The position numbers and the translations under genes were made by a program. Source: a virus (Duplodnaviria > Heunggongvirae > Uroviricota > Caudoviricetes). From it: a DNA stretch of 50,042 nt. This document shows positions 10,452-20,216 of the stretch, in pieces. The stretch covers positions 1-50,042 of the IMG/VR virus record IMGVR_UViG_640753025_000001; one strand, given 5' to 3'. Positions within the stretch are counted from its first letter, which is position 1; the number at the start of each line of letters is the position of its first letter. Below the pieces are notes generated by a model. That model was not told the origin of the DNA. It saw only the letters and a program-made list of their open reading frames with translations, and ran no database searches.

Positions 10452-10753
10452 TAAGCACCGTACGGTAGTTTACTGTACAATTTTATTTTTTGGACTGCAT
10501 GTATTTTGTTTCCTAATGGGTTTGAATCTTTGTAATAAATACTTCTATTTTTTCGAACGACTTCTTCTTTCTTCTTGCAGCAAAGGCTTCCTAGTGATGC
10601 TGCTTTGTCTGCTCTGACGCAACCAGAGAGCTTTAGCGCAATTTTTCGCGCCAGTGCTTCATTACTGCGTCGCTCGGCAATAAGTTCTGCTCTGCGAGCT
10701 TTGTAGCGGCTTTTTGCCGTACCTTTGGATTCTTTCCAGACAATGGTTACCAT
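10448..10753 (-). CDS. N: N-like transcription antiterminator
   Basis: ATG at 10753 after AAGGAG; arginine-rich motif KSRYKARRAELIAERR near N-terminus; first gene of the leftward operon after nutL. Confidence 0.6.
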   Translation of the reverse strand: MVTIVWKESKGTAKSRYKARRAELIAERRSNEALARKIALKLSGCVRADKAASLGSLCCKKKEEVVRKNRSIYYKDSNPLGNKIHAVQKIKLYSKLPYGAY

Positions 10754-10863
10754 GATGGTCTCCTTTAAGTGGCTTTGGCGCATGACGCGTCGAGGTGCTT
10801 ATCTTCTCGATCGCTGTCTTGCAGCTGCAATTCGCGCCATCCCCAAAACCACTCAAGTTCTGG

Positions 10864-10903
10864 TCTCAACGGTTAGGTTGAGAGTCCGTCGATGTTAAAG
10901 AGC
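10864..10903 (-). promoter_or_regulatory. nutL-like site (boxA + boxB hairpin)
   Basis: Minus-strand GCTCTTTAAC (boxA) then hairpin TCTCAAC-CTAACC-GTTGAGA; loop CTAACC shared with nutR candidate. Confidence 0.45.
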
Positions 10904-11040
10904 CTGCCAATCTGTTCCGTTTGGCTTCCAGCGTCCTGCTGATGGCTTAAATTTAAGACTTCTTAATTTATTGGTCAAGTGCATTTTTGAAGAAAACTTA
11001 ATTTTATGGGCGTGAATTTAGTTTGTCTTTGATTTTTAAC

Positions 11041-11067
11041 GGGAAATAAAAAAGGGGCGAAAGCCCC
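11041..11067 (-). terminator. rho-independent terminator after repressor gene
   Basis: Hairpin GGGGCGAAAGCCCC with minus-strand T-run directly after the repressor stop. Confidence 0.6.
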
Positions 11068-11718
11068 TTAAGGAAGGTTTGCTAGCTTGGCATCAACGAC
11101 AACGCCAATGATTTTACAGTTCCCATTGATTTCAATCATTGGGTATTGTGGATTGAGTGGTTTCAGGAATTTTCTACCGGCATCAATAACTAACTTTTTG
11201 AATGTCGCCTCGTTTTCTCCTTCAAGTTTGGCGACTACCAGCTTTCCATTACGTGGTTCGACTTCTGGGTCGACGAGAATAATCATCCCCTCAGGAATAC
11301 TCAGTCCTGCCGGGGCAGTCATTGAATCGCCTTTAACGTCGAGCCAAAAAGAGTCTTCAGAACAATCTACCGTTGTGTCGTACCAGTTATCTATTGCACG
11401 CCTATGATATGGCTCTACAGCTTCCATCCAACATCCTGCGCTTACCCAACTAATTAGAGGATACGAACCTCTTGGATCATGCCTGCTGTGATAGGCAATG
11501 TTTGAAAGACTATCCTCTCCTTTCAACAGGTAATCAGGGGAGCACTGCAAAGCCTTGGCTAAGGCCAATAGGTTTTCGCCATTGGGCTCAGTTTCAGATC
11601 GCTCCCATTGGGAAATAGCAACATTAGACACGCCAACCATCTTGCCAAGGGCAGCCTGCCTAATCTTGAGTTCTTTTCTGCGAGCGCGAATACGCTCACC
11701 CATCAGTTGTGTATTCAT
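11068..11718 (-). CDS. c2: prophage repressor, P22 C2 / lambda CI type (HTH + S24 peptidase)
   Basis: 216-aa ORF; N-terminal HTH, C-terminal S24 domain with intact KGDSM Ser and FKKL Lys; recalled as near-identical to P22 C2. Confidence 0.88.
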   Translation of the reverse strand: MNTQLMGERIRARRKELKIRQAALGKMVGVSNVAISQWERSETEPNGENLLALAKALQCSPDYLLKGEDSLSNIAYHSRHDPRGSYPLISWVSAGCWMEAVEPYHRRAIDNWYDTTVDCSEDSFWLDVKGDSMTAPAGLSIPEGMIILVDPEVEPRNGKLVVAKLEGENEATFKKLVIDAGRKFLKPLNPQYPMIEINGNCKIIGVVVDAKLANLP

Positions 11719-11798
11719 AGTTAAGACATCTTAAATAAACTTGACTTAAGATTCCTTTGGTGGATAATTTAAGTGTTCTTTAATTTCGGAGCGAGTCT
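11719..11798. promoter_or_regulatory. divergent repressor/cro promoter-operator region
   Basis: TTGACT-N17-GATAAT promoter towards cro; several TTAAG/CTTAA half-site-like repeats; individual operators not resolved. Confidence 0.5.
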
Positions 11799-11984
11799 AT
11801 GTACAAAAAAGATGTTATTGACCACTTCGGAACCCAGCGTGCTGTTGCTAAAGCACTAGGCATTAGCGATGCAGCAGTCTCTCAGTGGAAAGAAGTTATC
11901 CCAGAGAAAGACGCCTATCGATTGGAAATCGTTACAGCTGGCGCCCTGAAGTATCAAGAAAGTGCTTACCGCCAAGCGGCATAA
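11799..11984 (+). CDS. cro: Cro
   Basis: 61-aa HTH protein divergent from the repressor. Confidence 0.85.
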   Translation: MYKKDVIDHFGTQRAVAKALGISDAAVSQWKEVIPEKDAYRLEIVTAGALKYQESAYRQAA

Positions 11985-11990
11985 GCAAAT

Positions 11991-12031
11991 TGCTCTTTAA
12001 CAGTTCTGGCCTTTCACCTCTAACCGGGTGA
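11991..12031 (+). promoter_or_regulatory. nutR-like site (boxA + boxB hairpin)
   Basis: TGCTCTTTAACAG (boxA) then hairpin TCACC-TCTAACCG-GGTGA just after cro. Confidence 0.45.
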
Positions 12032-12099
12032 GCAAACATCAGCGGCAAATCCATTGGGTGTGCCGCTATAACTCAATATCAATATAGGAAAATTAACAA

Positions 12100-12396
12100 A
12101 TGGCACAAGCAAGCTACAGCAAGCCAACACAGCGAGAAATTGATCGCGCTGAAACAGATTTACTCATCAACCTGTCAACGCTTACCCAGCGCGGTCTGGC
12201 AAAGATGATTGGCTGTCATGAATCGAAGATAAGCAGAACGGACTGGAGATTTATTGCTTCGGTCTTGTGTGCTTTCGGAATGGCATCAGACATCAGTCCG
12301 ATTAGCAGGGCTTTTAAGTATGCGCTTGATGAAATCACAAAGAAAAAATCCCCGGCTGCCACCGAGGATTTTAAGCAAATTGATATGCAATTCTGA
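12100..12396 (+). CDS. CII-like (P22 c1-type) transcriptional activator
   Basis: 98-aa HTH ORF in cII position. Confidence 0.65.
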   Translation: MAQASYSKPTQREIDRAETDLLINLSTLTQRGLAKMIGCHESKISRTDWRFIASVLCAFGMASDISPISRAFKYALDEITKKKSPAATEDFKQIDMQF

Positions 12397-12428
12397 GGGA
12401 ATTACTGGATCAATCCACAGGAGTAATT

Positions 12429-12575
12429 ATGACAAAACAACTCAGTCCTTACCAGGACAAAATTCACAAACACATACTACGTGATCGCTTCCTGTCCAGC
12501 TTCAAGCAGCCTGGTCGATTCCGGGCTGAGTTGGAAAAAGTGAAGCTGATGCAGAAGGAGAAAGGTCATGAGTAA
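12429..12575 (+). CDS. small hypothetical protein (48 aa)
   Basis: ATG at 12429 after AGGAG; stop overlaps O start; below ORF-track cutoff. Confidence 0.4.
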   Translation: MTKQLSPYQDKIHKHILRDRFLSSFKQPGRFRAELEKVKLMQKEKGHE

Positions 12576-13467
12576 CATATCTAATCTAGCCGAAGCCAGA
12601 GAGGCCAGAAGGCTACAACAACCGCATCAAAGCAGCGGTAAGGGGTATGCCTTGCTGCACCGTAAAATTATGGATGTGCCGTTTTACAAGGACGCAGAAG
12701 CAGCGCATCTGTGGGTTCACTTAATCCTCAAAGCAAAGCATACGCCTGAGTATGTAATGACTGACGCAGGAGAAATTCTGGTAGGCAGAGGGAAGCTACT
12801 TGGCGGTAGAAACTCTCTGGCGTTTGAAACAGGACTCAAACCAGATCGCGTTCAGTACCTGCTTAGAAAGTTCAAAAAACTCGGCATGATTGACTGGGTT
12901 TCACACGGTAAATTCTCAGTTTTCTCGGTAGAGAAATATGACGATTATCAGTCAAATTTTGTACCAGCAGATTACCAGCAAATTACCACCTCAAAGCCAG
13001 CAATACCATTGCCTGTAAGCAATACTGTACCAGCAGATTACCAGCAAATTACCACAGATAAAGAATATAATAATATTATCTCTAATACTGACGTATTAGA
13101 GAGTGCCACAGCAGACAAAAAGTCTGACAAGAAAAAACCTTCCGTCAGCTGTCAGGATGTAGTCGATGCTTACCACGAAATCCTTCCTGAAGCGCCAAGA
13201 ATCCGCGCACTGAATGACAAGCGTAAAAACCAGATCCGAACGTTCTGGCGCAAAGCCGGAGTGATAACCCGCCAGCTTGACGGGCATGGGTTCACGATGC
13301 AGGACTGGAGAAATTATTTGAGCTACGTAGGCGAAAATTGCCGATGGATGTTCGAAGAACGCCCAAACCATCAACGCGGAACCGTCTGGCACAAAAAGGG
13401 ATTTGATTTCCTGCTTAACGATAATACCTACCTGAAAGTTCGTGAGGGTGAACACGATGACCGATAA
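12568..13467 (+). CDS. replication initiator (O-like) with internal iterons
   Basis: 299-aa ORF immediately upstream of helicase; contains repeated peptide [10 protein letters not shown] from the DNA iterons. Confidence 0.75.
   Translation: MSNISNLAEAREARRLQQPHQSSGKGYALLHRKIMDVPFYKDAEAAHLWVHLILKAKHTPEYVMTDAGEILVGRGKLLGGRNSLAFETGLKPDRVQYLLRKFKKLGMIDWVSHGKFSVFSVEKYDDYQSNFVPADYQQITTSKPAIPLPVSNTVPADYQQITTDKEYNNIISNTDVLESATADKKSDKKKPSVSCQDVVDAYHEILPEAPRIRALNDKRKNQIRTFWRKAGVITRQLDGHGFTMQDWRNYLSYVGENCRWMFEERPNHQRGTVWHKKGFDFLLNDNTYLKVREGEHDDR
12961..13055 (+). repeat. origin iterons: two 29-bp direct repeats
   Basis: GTACCAGCAGATTACCAGCAAATTACCAC at 12961..12989 and 13027..13055, each with internal ATTACCA repeat, followed by AT-rich stretch. 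Confidence 0.55.
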
Positions 13468-14893
13468 TTTTTATGCGCCGCCCCATAGCATCGAGGCAGA
13501 GCAGGCGGTGATTGGTGGATTGCTTCTGGATGATGACAGCAGTGAGCGCGTCCAGAAAGTTCTGGCGATGCTGAAGCCTGATTCATTTTACAGCCGACCA
13601 CACAAAATCATTTTCGAAGAAATAACCAGAATGCACCGGGAGCAAAAGCCAGTAGATGGCCTGACGCTTTTCGATGAACTGGAGCGTAAATCGTTAACGG
13701 CGTCTGTTGGCGGTTTTGCTTATATCGCTGAGATCGCAAAGAACACGCCAAGCGCCGCAAACATCGTTGCCTATGCAATGCAGGTTCGCGAAACCGCAAT
13801 GGAACGCTACGCCATCAACCGCATGACTGAAGCGACGGAATTGCTCTATTCCCGCAACGGAATGACTGCAACGCAGAAGTACGAAGCTATTCAGGCGATT
13901 TTCACGCAACTGACAGACCATGCAAAAACCGGATCGCGTCGCGGCCTTCGCTCATTTGGTGAGGTCATGGAAGACTGGGTTAGCGACCTTGAGAAGCGAT
14001 TTGACCCGTCAGGCGAACAACGAGGAATGAGCACAGGGATCCCATCTCTGGACAGGATGCTGTCACCGAAAGGTCTGGTGAAAGGCTCTCTGTTCGTCAT
14101 TGGCGCTCGCCCTAAGATGGGGAAAACGACGCTATACAGCCAGATGGCAATCAACTGCGCAGTGCATGAGAAAAAGCCCGCTCTGATGTTCAGTCTTGAA
14201 ATGCCTGGCGACCAGATACTGGAAAAGCTGGTAGGACAGAAGTCAGGTGTTAACCCGAATATTTTTTACCTTCCGGCGACAAATGACGCCGATGACGGCT
14301 ATCAGGGTGATTACGATGGTGACTTCAACAGGGCGATCGAAACAGCCAATCGCTTGAGTGAAATCGACATGCTTTACATCGACGACACGCCGGGATTATC
14401 TCTGGCTCAAATCGTCAGCGAAAGCCGTCGAATCAAGCGAGAAAAAGGATGTGTTGGCATGATTCTGGTCGATTACCTGACACTAATGACCGCTGAGAAG
14501 GCCGATCGCAACGACCTTGCTTACGGCATGATCACCAAAGGACTGAAGAACCTTGCCAAAGAGCTTGATTGCGTTGTTGTGCTTCTGACACAGCTTAACC
14601 GCGCACTGGAAAGCCGAACCAATAAACGCCCATTACCAAGTGACTCACGAGATACAGGGCAGATTGAACAGGATTGCGATTATTGGGTGGGGATCCATCG
14701 TGAAGGTGCTTTTGATGACAGTGTTCCACCTGGTGAAACCGAACTAATCCTTCGTCTCAATCGTCATGGCAATACCGGCACGGTGTATTGCATTCAGGCA
14801 AATGGCGCTATTTATGACACAGACCAACAGTCTGCTGAAATGCGCCGCCGTGAACGCGAGGAACCGCAATCCAAGAAGAAAGGAGGATTCTGA
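13457..14893 (+). CDS. replicative DNA helicase, DnaB-like
   Basis: Walker A GARPKMGKT and DnaB-type C-terminal domain; ATG at 13457 overlaps O stop. Confidence 0.9.
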   Translation: MTDNFYAPPHSIEAEQAVIGGLLLDDDSSERVQKVLAMLKPDSFYSRPHKIIFEEITRMHREQKPVDGLTLFDELERKSLTASVGGFAYIAEIAKNTPSAANIVAYAMQVRETAMERYAINRMTEATELLYSRNGMTATQKYEAIQAIFTQLTDHAKTGSRRGLRSFGEVMEDWVSDLEKRFDPSGEQRGMSTGIPSLDRMLSPKGLVKGSLFVIGARPKMGKTTLYSQMAINCAVHEKKPALMFSLEMPGDQILEKLVGQKSGVNPNIFYLPATNDADDGYQGDYDGDFNRAIETANRLSEIDMLYIDDTPGLSLAQIVSESRRIKREKGCVGMILVDYLTLMTAEKADRNDLAYGMITKGLKNLAKELDCVVVLLTQLNRALESRTNKRPLPSDSRDTGQIEQDCDYWVGIHREGAFDDSVPPGETELILRLNRHGNTGTVYCIQANGAIYDTDQQSAEMRRREREEPQSKKKGGF

Positions 14894-14969
14894 TGACCAT
14901 CTACATCACTGAGCTAATAACAGGCCTGCTGGTAATCGCAGGCCTTTTTATTTGGGGGAGAGGGAAGTC

Positions 14970-15410
14970 ATGAAAAAACTAACCTTTGAAATTCGATCTC
15001 CGGCACATCAGCAAAACGCTATTCACGCAGTACAGCAAATCCTTCCAGACCCAACCAAACCAATCGTAGTAACCATTCAGGAGCGCAACCGCAGCTTAGA
15101 CCAAAATCGGAAGCTTTGGGCTTGCCTTGGTGACGTTTCGCGTCAGGTTGAATGGCATGGTCGCTGGCTGGATGCAGAAAGCTGGAAGTGCGTTTTTACA
15201 GCAGCATTAAAGCAGCAGGACGTTGTTCCTAACCTTGCCGGGAATGGCTTTGTGGTAATAGGCCAGTCAACCAGCAGGATGCGTGTAAGCGAATTTGCGG
15301 AGCTATTAGAGCTTATACAGGCATTCGGTACAGAGCGTGGCGTTAAGTGGTCAGACGAAGCGCGACTGGCTCTCGAATGGAAAGCGCGATGGGGAGATCG
15401 GGCAGCATGA
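14970..15410 (+). CDS. ninB: NinB
   Basis: ATG at 14970 ([20 protein letters not shown]); recognised as lambdoid NinB. Confidence 0.8.
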   Translation: MKKLTFEIRSPAHQQNAIHAVQQILPDPTKPIVVTIQERNRSLDQNRKLWACLGDVSRQVEWHGRWLDAESWKCVFTAALKQQDVVPNLAGNGFVVIGQSTSRMRVSEFAELLELIQAFGTERGVKWSDEARLALEWKARWGDRAA

Positions 15411-15580
15411 TGCGATGTTATCGGTGCGGTGAATGCAAAGAAGATAACCGCTTCCGACCAAATCAACCTTACTGGAATCGATGGTGTCTCCGGTGTGAAA
15501 GAACACCAACAGGGGTGTTGCCACTACCGCAGGAAAAGGAGGACGTGTGGCGAGACAGCGACGAAGTATCACCGACATAA
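15407..15580 (+). CDS. small Cys-rich (zinc-ribbon-like) nin-region protein, NinD-like
   Basis: 57-aa [13 protein letters not shown]...CLRC with two CxxC pairs; start overlaps ninB stop. Confidence 0.45.
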   Translation: MMRCYRCGECKEDNRFRPNQPYWNRWCLRCERTPTGVLPLPQEKEDVWRDSDEVSPT

Positions 15581-15723
15581 TCTGCGAAAACTGCAAATAC
15601 CTTCCAACGAAGCGCTCCAGAAATAAATGCAAGCCAATCCCAAAAGAATCTGACGTAAAAACCTTCAATTACACAGCTCACCTGTGGGATATCCGGTGGC
15701 TAAGATATCGTGCGAGGAAATGA
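15547..15723 (+). CDS. ninE: NinE
   Basis: GTG start after AGGAGGA; 58 aa (V)[29 protein letters not shown]...; missed by ORF track (non-ATG start). Confidence 0.65.
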   Translation: MARQRRSITDIICENCKYLPTKRSRNKCKPIPKESDVKTFNYTAHLWDIRWLRYRARK

Positions 15724-16085
15724 CAATGGATTATTCACAGTTAAGTGATTTTGAAATTAACGTGGCGGTATTCGAAGCCATTCATAACGGATCACCGGAT
15801 TACAAAGAAGGTGAGAATGGCGATATGGTGTTTGTCTCATTTGAGGGAGACATTGTAAACGGAGACGCAGTTGAAGTAGAAGTTGAGCGCGGATCCTTTA
15901 ACCCATGCGCAAACCCAGCAGACGCATGGCCGATTATTGAAAAATACAGGATTAGCATTATCAATCTCGATGAAGACGAGTGGGGTGCACGCGGTGTGGC
16001 CTACTGTAAATCTAAGCGAGCTATACATGAAAATCCCCTCCGCTCCGCCATGATTGTCTTTCTCATGATGCAGAGAATCCAATAA
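15720..16085 (+). CDS. hypothetical nin-region protein
   Basis: ATG at 15720 overlapping ninE stop (MTMDYSQ...). Confidence 0.55.
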   Translation: MTMDYSQLSDFEINVAVFEAIHNGSPDYKEGENGDMVFVSFEGDIVNGDAVEVEVERGSFNPCANPADAWPIIEKYRISIINLDEDEWGARGVAYCKSKRAIHENPLRSAMIVFLMMQRIQ

Positions 16086-16261
16086 TGATTAGCCCATCCC
16101 AATCCATTCAATACCAGAAAGAAAGCGTCGAGCGGGCTTTAACGTGCGCTAACTGCGGTCAGAAGCTGCATGTGCTTGAAGTTCACGTGTGTGAGCACTG
16201 CTGCGCAGAACTGATGAGCGATCCGAATAGCTCAATGTACGAGGAAGAAGACGATGAGTGA
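16085..16261 (+). CDS. ninF: NinF
   Basis: 58-aa [40 protein letters not shown]...; below ORF-track cutoff. Confidence 0.65.
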   Translation: MISPSQSIQYQKESVERALTCANCGQKLHVLEVHVCEHCCAELMSDPNSSMYEEEDDE

Positions 16262-16523
16262 TTTCTCTGAGCTTATTTCCTTCAAAAAAGACAGAGAAGA
16301 AATGCGGACTGAATCTGTCTATTACGTTCAACACCGGAATAAACGCTCGGTGCTTGATCAGGAGCTGGTTATTACCGGAGACCTGGCATTCAGAACATAT
16401 AAGGCCAGCATGGAAATGAAGGATTTACCTAAATGTGGTTCTGAAAGAGAAGCCGCGTTAAAGCTGGCAGAGTGGATGCAGAGAATGGCTGCTGCAATTG
16501 AGAATTACTGGAGTGAACCATAA
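16254..16523 (+). CDS. hypothetical nin-region protein
   Basis: 89-aa ORF, ATG overlapping ninF stop. Confidence 0.55.
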   Translation: MSDFSELISFKKDREEMRTESVYYVQHRNKRSVLDQELVITGDLAFRTYKASMEMKDLPKCGSEREAALKLAEWMQRMAAAIENYWSEP

Positions 16524-16813
16524 TGGCTAACCTACGCAAAGAAGCGCGCGGCAGAGAATGCCAGGTACGTATTTACGGCGTATGCAATGGCAATCCTGAA
16601 ACTACAGTTCTGGCACATTACCGGATGGCTGGAATTTGCGGAACGGGAATGAAGCCTGACGACCTGATCGGCGCATGGGCTTGTAGCGCGTGTCACGATG
16701 AAATCGACCGACGCACCCATAATCTCGACAACAAAGACGCCAGACTTTACCACCTCGAAGGCGTGATCAGGACGCAGGCGATACTGCTGAAGGAGGGGAA
16801 GATTAAGCCATGA
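16523..16813 (+). CDS. Cys-rich nin-region protein (putative zinc-binding)
   Basis: 96-aa ORF with CxVxxYGVC...CxxCH cysteine pattern. Confidence 0.55.
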   Translation: MANLRKEARGRECQVRIYGVCNGNPETTVLAHYRMAGICGTGMKPDDLIGAWACSACHDEIDRRTHNLDNKDARLYHLEGVIRTQAILLKEGKIKP

Positions 16814-17172
16814 ACGAATATCAGTTTGTGCTTCCATACCCGCCGTCGGTGAACACCTACTGGCGAAGACGGGGAAGCCAATACTACATCAGCGCTAAAG
16901 GCCAGAAATACCGAAAAGATGTACAGCAAATAATCCGCCAACTCAAGTTAGACATTTTCACCAAATCAAGACTCCGCATCAAAGTCATCGCAGACGTTCC
17001 AGACTCCCGCCGCCGCGACCTCGACAACATCCTGAAAGGTTTACTCGACTCCCTTATCCACGCCGGATTTGCGGAAGACGACGAGCAATTCGATGACATT
17101 CGCGTAATTCGTGGCGTGAAAGTACCAGGCGGAAGGCTTGGAATAAAAATCACCGAACTGGAGAACGCATGA
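16810..17172 (+). CDS. rusA: Holliday junction resolvase RusA
   Basis: 120 aa with RRRDLDN motif and overall collinearity with RusA. Confidence 0.88.
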   Translation: MNEYQFVLPYPPSVNTYWRRRGSQYYISAKGQKYRKDVQQIIRQLKLDIFTKSRLRIKVIADVPDSRRRDLDNILKGLLDSLIHAGFAEDDEQFDDIRVIRGVKVPGGRLGIKITELENA

Positions 17173-17357
17173 ACGCCACAATTCAAACGATACCAGAGCT
17201 TCTTATCCAGACACGAGGCAATCAGACCGAAGTGGCGAGGATGCTTTCCTGCGCAAGAGGAACAGTGCTCAAGTACAACCGAGACAGCAAAGGCGAGCGT
17301 CACGTAATAGTTAACGGCGTCCTGATGGTCAAACAGGGCAAAAGGGGAAGGCCATGA
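17169..17357 (+). CDS. ninH: NinH-like protein
   Basis: 62-aa ORF between rusA and Q. Confidence 0.55.
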   Translation: MNATIQTIPELLIQTRGNQTEVARMLSCARGTVLKYNRDSKGERHVIVNGVLMVKQGKRGRP

Positions 17358-17977
17358 GACTCGAAAGCGTAGCTAAATTTCATTCGCCAAAAAGCCCGAT
17401 GATGAGCGACTCACCACGGGCTACGGCTTCTGACTCTCTTTCCGGTACTGATGTGATGGCTGCTATGGGGATGGCGCAATCACAAGCCGGATTCGGAATG
17501 GCTGCATTCTGCGGTAAGCATGAACTCAGCCAGAACGACAAACAAAAGGCTATCAACTATCTGATGCAATTTGCACACAAGGTATCGGGGAAATACCGTG
17601 GTGTGGCAAAGCTCGAAGGAAATACTAAGGCAAAGGTGCTGCAAGTGCTCGCAACATTCGCTTATGCGGATTATTGCCGTAGTGCCGCGACGCCGGGCGC
17701 AAGATGCAGAGATTGTCACGGTACAGGCCGTGCGGTTGATATAGCAAAAACAGAGCAGTGGGGGAGAGTTGTTGAGAAAGAGTGCGGAAGATGCAAAGGC
17801 GTCGGCTATTCAAGGATGCCAGCAAGCGCCGCATATCGCGCTGTAACGATGCTAATCCCAAATCTTACTCAACCCACCTGGTCACGCACTGTTAAGCCGC
17901 TGTATGACGCTCTGGTGGTGCAATGCCACAAAGAAGAGTCAATCGCAGACAACATTTTGAATGCGGTCACACGTTAG
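17354..17977 (+). CDS. Q: late-gene antiterminator Q (lambda type)
   Basis: 207-aa ORF recognised as lambda Q, with zinc-finger CRDCHGTG...CGRCKG. Confidence 0.9.
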   Translation: MRLESVAKFHSPKSPMMSDSPRATASDSLSGTDVMAAMGMAQSQAGFGMAAFCGKHELSQNDKQKAINYLMQFAHKVSGKYRGVAKLEGNTKAKVLQVLATFAYADYCRSAATPGARCRDCHGTGRAVDIAKTEQWGRVVEKECGRCKGVGYSRMPASAAYRAVTMLIPNLTQPTWSRTVKPLYDALVVQCHKEESIADNILNAVTR

Positions 17978-18019
17978 CAGCATGATTGCCACGGATGGCA
18001 ACATATTAACGGCATGATA

Positions 18020-18048
18020 TTGACTTTTTGAATAAAGTTGGGTAAATT
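18020..18048 (+). promoter_or_regulatory. late promoter pR' (start of 6S RNA / qut region)
   Basis: TTGACT (18020..18025) - 17 bp - TAAATT (18043..18048); region recalled as lambda pR'. Confidence 0.6.
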
Positions 18049-18191
18049 TGACCCAACGATGGGTTAATTCGCTCGTTGTGGTAGTGAGATGAAAAGAGGC
18101 GGCGCTTACTACCGATTCCGTCTAGTTGGTCACTTCGACGTATCGTCTGGAACTCCAACCATCGCAGGCTGAGAGGTCTGCAAAATGCAAT

Positions 18192-18248
18192 CCCGAAACA
18201 GTTCGCAGGTAATAGTTAGAGCCTGCATAACGGTTTCGGGATTTTTTA
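18192..18248 (+). terminator. tR' terminator (end of 6S RNA)
   Basis: Long hairpin CCCGAAAC...GTTTCGGG followed by ATTTTTTAT. Confidence 0.75.
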
Positions 18249-18799
18249 TATCTGCACAACAGGTAAGAGCATTAAAGAACTGGCAAAGAGCTTAACGGTC
18301 TGCGAAAGCATTTCTTAGTGGCACAACTGGCCGGTACAACTGAGTGCTCTTTCCGGTGTGGTGAATGCGCAGGCTGATGCGCGCAGGAGAGCTTCGGAAG
18401 AACAAGGTGCCTGTATACAAGCCGGAGATCAGCGCCGGCCACCACAGCCAAATCCACCCAGAGCAAAACCGTTGTTCATCCTTACCATTCCCTCAGTATT
18501 TTGGGCTACAACCCTCAGCCCATTTTTTAAAGCGTACTTCCACCAAGAACCAGACCTAACCAACTCATTGCTGACACTCTGTGGATACGGTTGTCTAGTG
18601 CGCTTTAAAAAAGAAAACCCAGCATCAATGGCTGGGCTTCGTGATATGAGCGGCATGTATTGTTGGCGCAATCCACGCCTGATTTGCTCATGAATGCGGT
18701 CACGAACAAACCCGTTACAAATCAACCGTAACCCGGATTTGTTCGAGCGACCATATCCATAATTCCTAATTTGAACAGATCCCCTTCTGGGGGTAAGAC

Positions 18800-19123
18800 A
18801 TGAAGATGCCAGAAAAACATGACCTGTTAGCCGCCATTCTCGCGGCAAAGGAACAAGGCATCGGGGCAATCCTTGCGTTTGCAATGGCGTACCTTCGCGG
18901 CAGATATAATGGCGGTGCGTTTACAAAAACAGTAATCGACGCAACGATGTGCGCCATTATCGCCTGGTTCATTCGTGACCTTCTCGACTTCGCCGGGCTA
19001 AGTAGCAATCTCGCTTATATAACGAGCGTGTTTATCGGCTACATCGGTACTGACTCGATTGGTTCGCTTATCAAACGCTTCGCTGCTAAAAAAGCCGGAG
19101 TAGAAGATGGTGGAAATCAATAA
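18800..19123 (+). CDS. S: holin S (lambda type, dual start)
   Basis: 107-aa ORF beginning MKMPEKHD (Met1/Met3 dual-start); recognised as lambda S. Confidence 0.93.
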   Translation: MKMPEKHDLLAAILAAKEQGIGAILAFAMAYLRGRYNGGAFTKTVIDATMCAIIAWFIRDLLDFAGLSSNLAYITSVFIGYIGTDSIGSLIKRFAAKKAGVEDGGNQ

Positions 19124-19583
19124 TCAACGTAAGGCGTTCCTCGATATGCTGGCGTGGTCAGAGGGAACTGATAACGGACGTCAGAAAACCAGGAATCATG
19201 GTTATGACGTCATTGTTGGCGGAGAGCTATTCACTGATTACTCCGATCACCCTCGCAAACTTGTCACGCTAAACCCCAAACTCAAATCAACAGCAGCCGG
19301 GCGTTACCAGCTTCTTTCCCGTTGGTGGGATGCCTATCGTAAGCAGCTTGGCCTGAAAGACTTCTCTCCCAAAAGCCAGGACGCTGTGGCATTGCAGCAG
19401 ATTAAGGAGCGTGGCGCTTTGCCGATGATTGATCGCGGTGATATCCGTCAGGCTATCGACCGTTGCAGCAATATCTGGGCTTCACTGCCGGGCGCTGGTT
19501 ATGGTCAGTTCGAGCATAAAGTTGACAGCCTGATTGCAAAATTCAAAGAGGCTGGCGGAACGGTCAGAGAGATTGAGGTATGA
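19107..19583 (+). CDS. R: endolysin R (lytic transglycosylase)
   Basis: 158-aa ORF recognised as lambda R. Confidence 0.93.
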   Translation: MVEINNQRKAFLDMLAWSEGTDNGRQKTRNHGYDVIVGGELFTDYSDHPRKLVTLNPKLKSTAAGRYQLLSRWWDAYRKQLGLKDFSPKSQDAVALQQIKERGALPMIDRGDIRQAIDRCSNIWASLPGAGYGQFEHKVDSLIAKFKEAGGTVREIEV

Positions 19584-20017
19584 GCAGATTAACCGCGATT
19601 ATCTCCGCTCTGATTATCTGCATCATCGTCTGTCTGTCATGGGCTGTTAATCATTACCGTGATAACGCCATCGCCTACAAAGACCAGCGCGATAAAGCCA
19701 CATCCATCATCGCTGATATGCAGAAGCGTCAACGTGATGTAGCAGAACTCGACGCAAGATATACAAAGGAACTTGCTGATGCTAACGCGACTATCGAAAG
19801 TCTCCGTGCTGATGTTTCTGCTGGGCGTAAGCGCCTGCAAGTCGCCGCCACCTGTGCAAAGTCAACGACCGGAGCCAGCAGCATGGGCGATGGAGAAAGC
19901 CCAAGACTTACAGCAGATGCTGAACTCAATTATTACCGTCTCCGAAGTGGAATCGACAGGATAACCGCGCAGGTTAACTACCTGCAGGAATACATCAGGA
20001 CGCAATGCCTGAAATAA
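19580..20017 (+). CDS. Rz: spanin inner-membrane subunit Rz
   Basis: 145 aa, N-terminal TM segment then coiled coil. Confidence 0.88.
   Translation: MSRLTAIISALIICIIVCLSWAVNHYRDNAIAYKDQRDKATSIIADMQKRQRDVAELDARYTKELADANATIESLRADVSAGRKRLQVAATCAKSTTGASSMGDGESPRLTADAELNYYRLRSGIDRITAQVNYLQEYIRTQCLK
19773..19964 (+). CDS. Rz1: spanin outer-membrane lipoprotein Rz1 (embedded in Rz)
   Basis: 63-aa ORF in +1 frame inside Rz; lipobox LLGVSAC then Pro-rich segment. Confidence 0.8.
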   Translation: MLMLTRLSKVSVLMFLLGVSACKSPPPVQSQRPEPAAWAMEKAQDLQQMLNSIITVSEVESTG

Positions 20018-20048
20018 TTTTTTTGCAAATCACAAAGTCCATTTAATG

Positions 20049-20076
20049 AGCCTCGCGGTGCGGGGCTTTTTTATAT
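20049..20076 (+). terminator. rho-independent terminator after lysis cassette
   Basis: Hairpin AGCCTCGC-GGT-GCGGGGCT followed by TTTTTT. Confidence 0.55.
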
Positions 20077-20216
20077 CTGAGTTTCACAGCGCATCTCACG
20101 CGCATATTAACGAGAGCCTTTCAGTAAGCGAGCCTGAGAAAAGCCGTTATAGGTGGCGACCTCTCTCGGGCGGCTTTTCTGTGAGACAGGCTCACTTTCT
20201 AAAAGGTAAAGACGCT

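Noticed and set aside
17978-18799. Possible tRNA genes downstream of Q, as carried by some lambdoid phages
   Set aside because: No cloverleaf-compatible segment seen; the structured element present is the pR'/6S/tR' hairpin.
18358-18884. ORFs 18358..18693 (+), 18365..18559 (+) and 18429..18884 (-) between tR' and holin S
   Set aside because: This is the untranslated late leader in lambda-type phages; the frames overlap each other, lack RBS and have skewed composition.
20046-20216. N-terminal extension of the Rha-family ORF (track start 20046)
   Set aside because: The extension spans the post-lysis terminator hairpin and has no RBS; ATG at 20217 preceded by AAGG is the likelier start.
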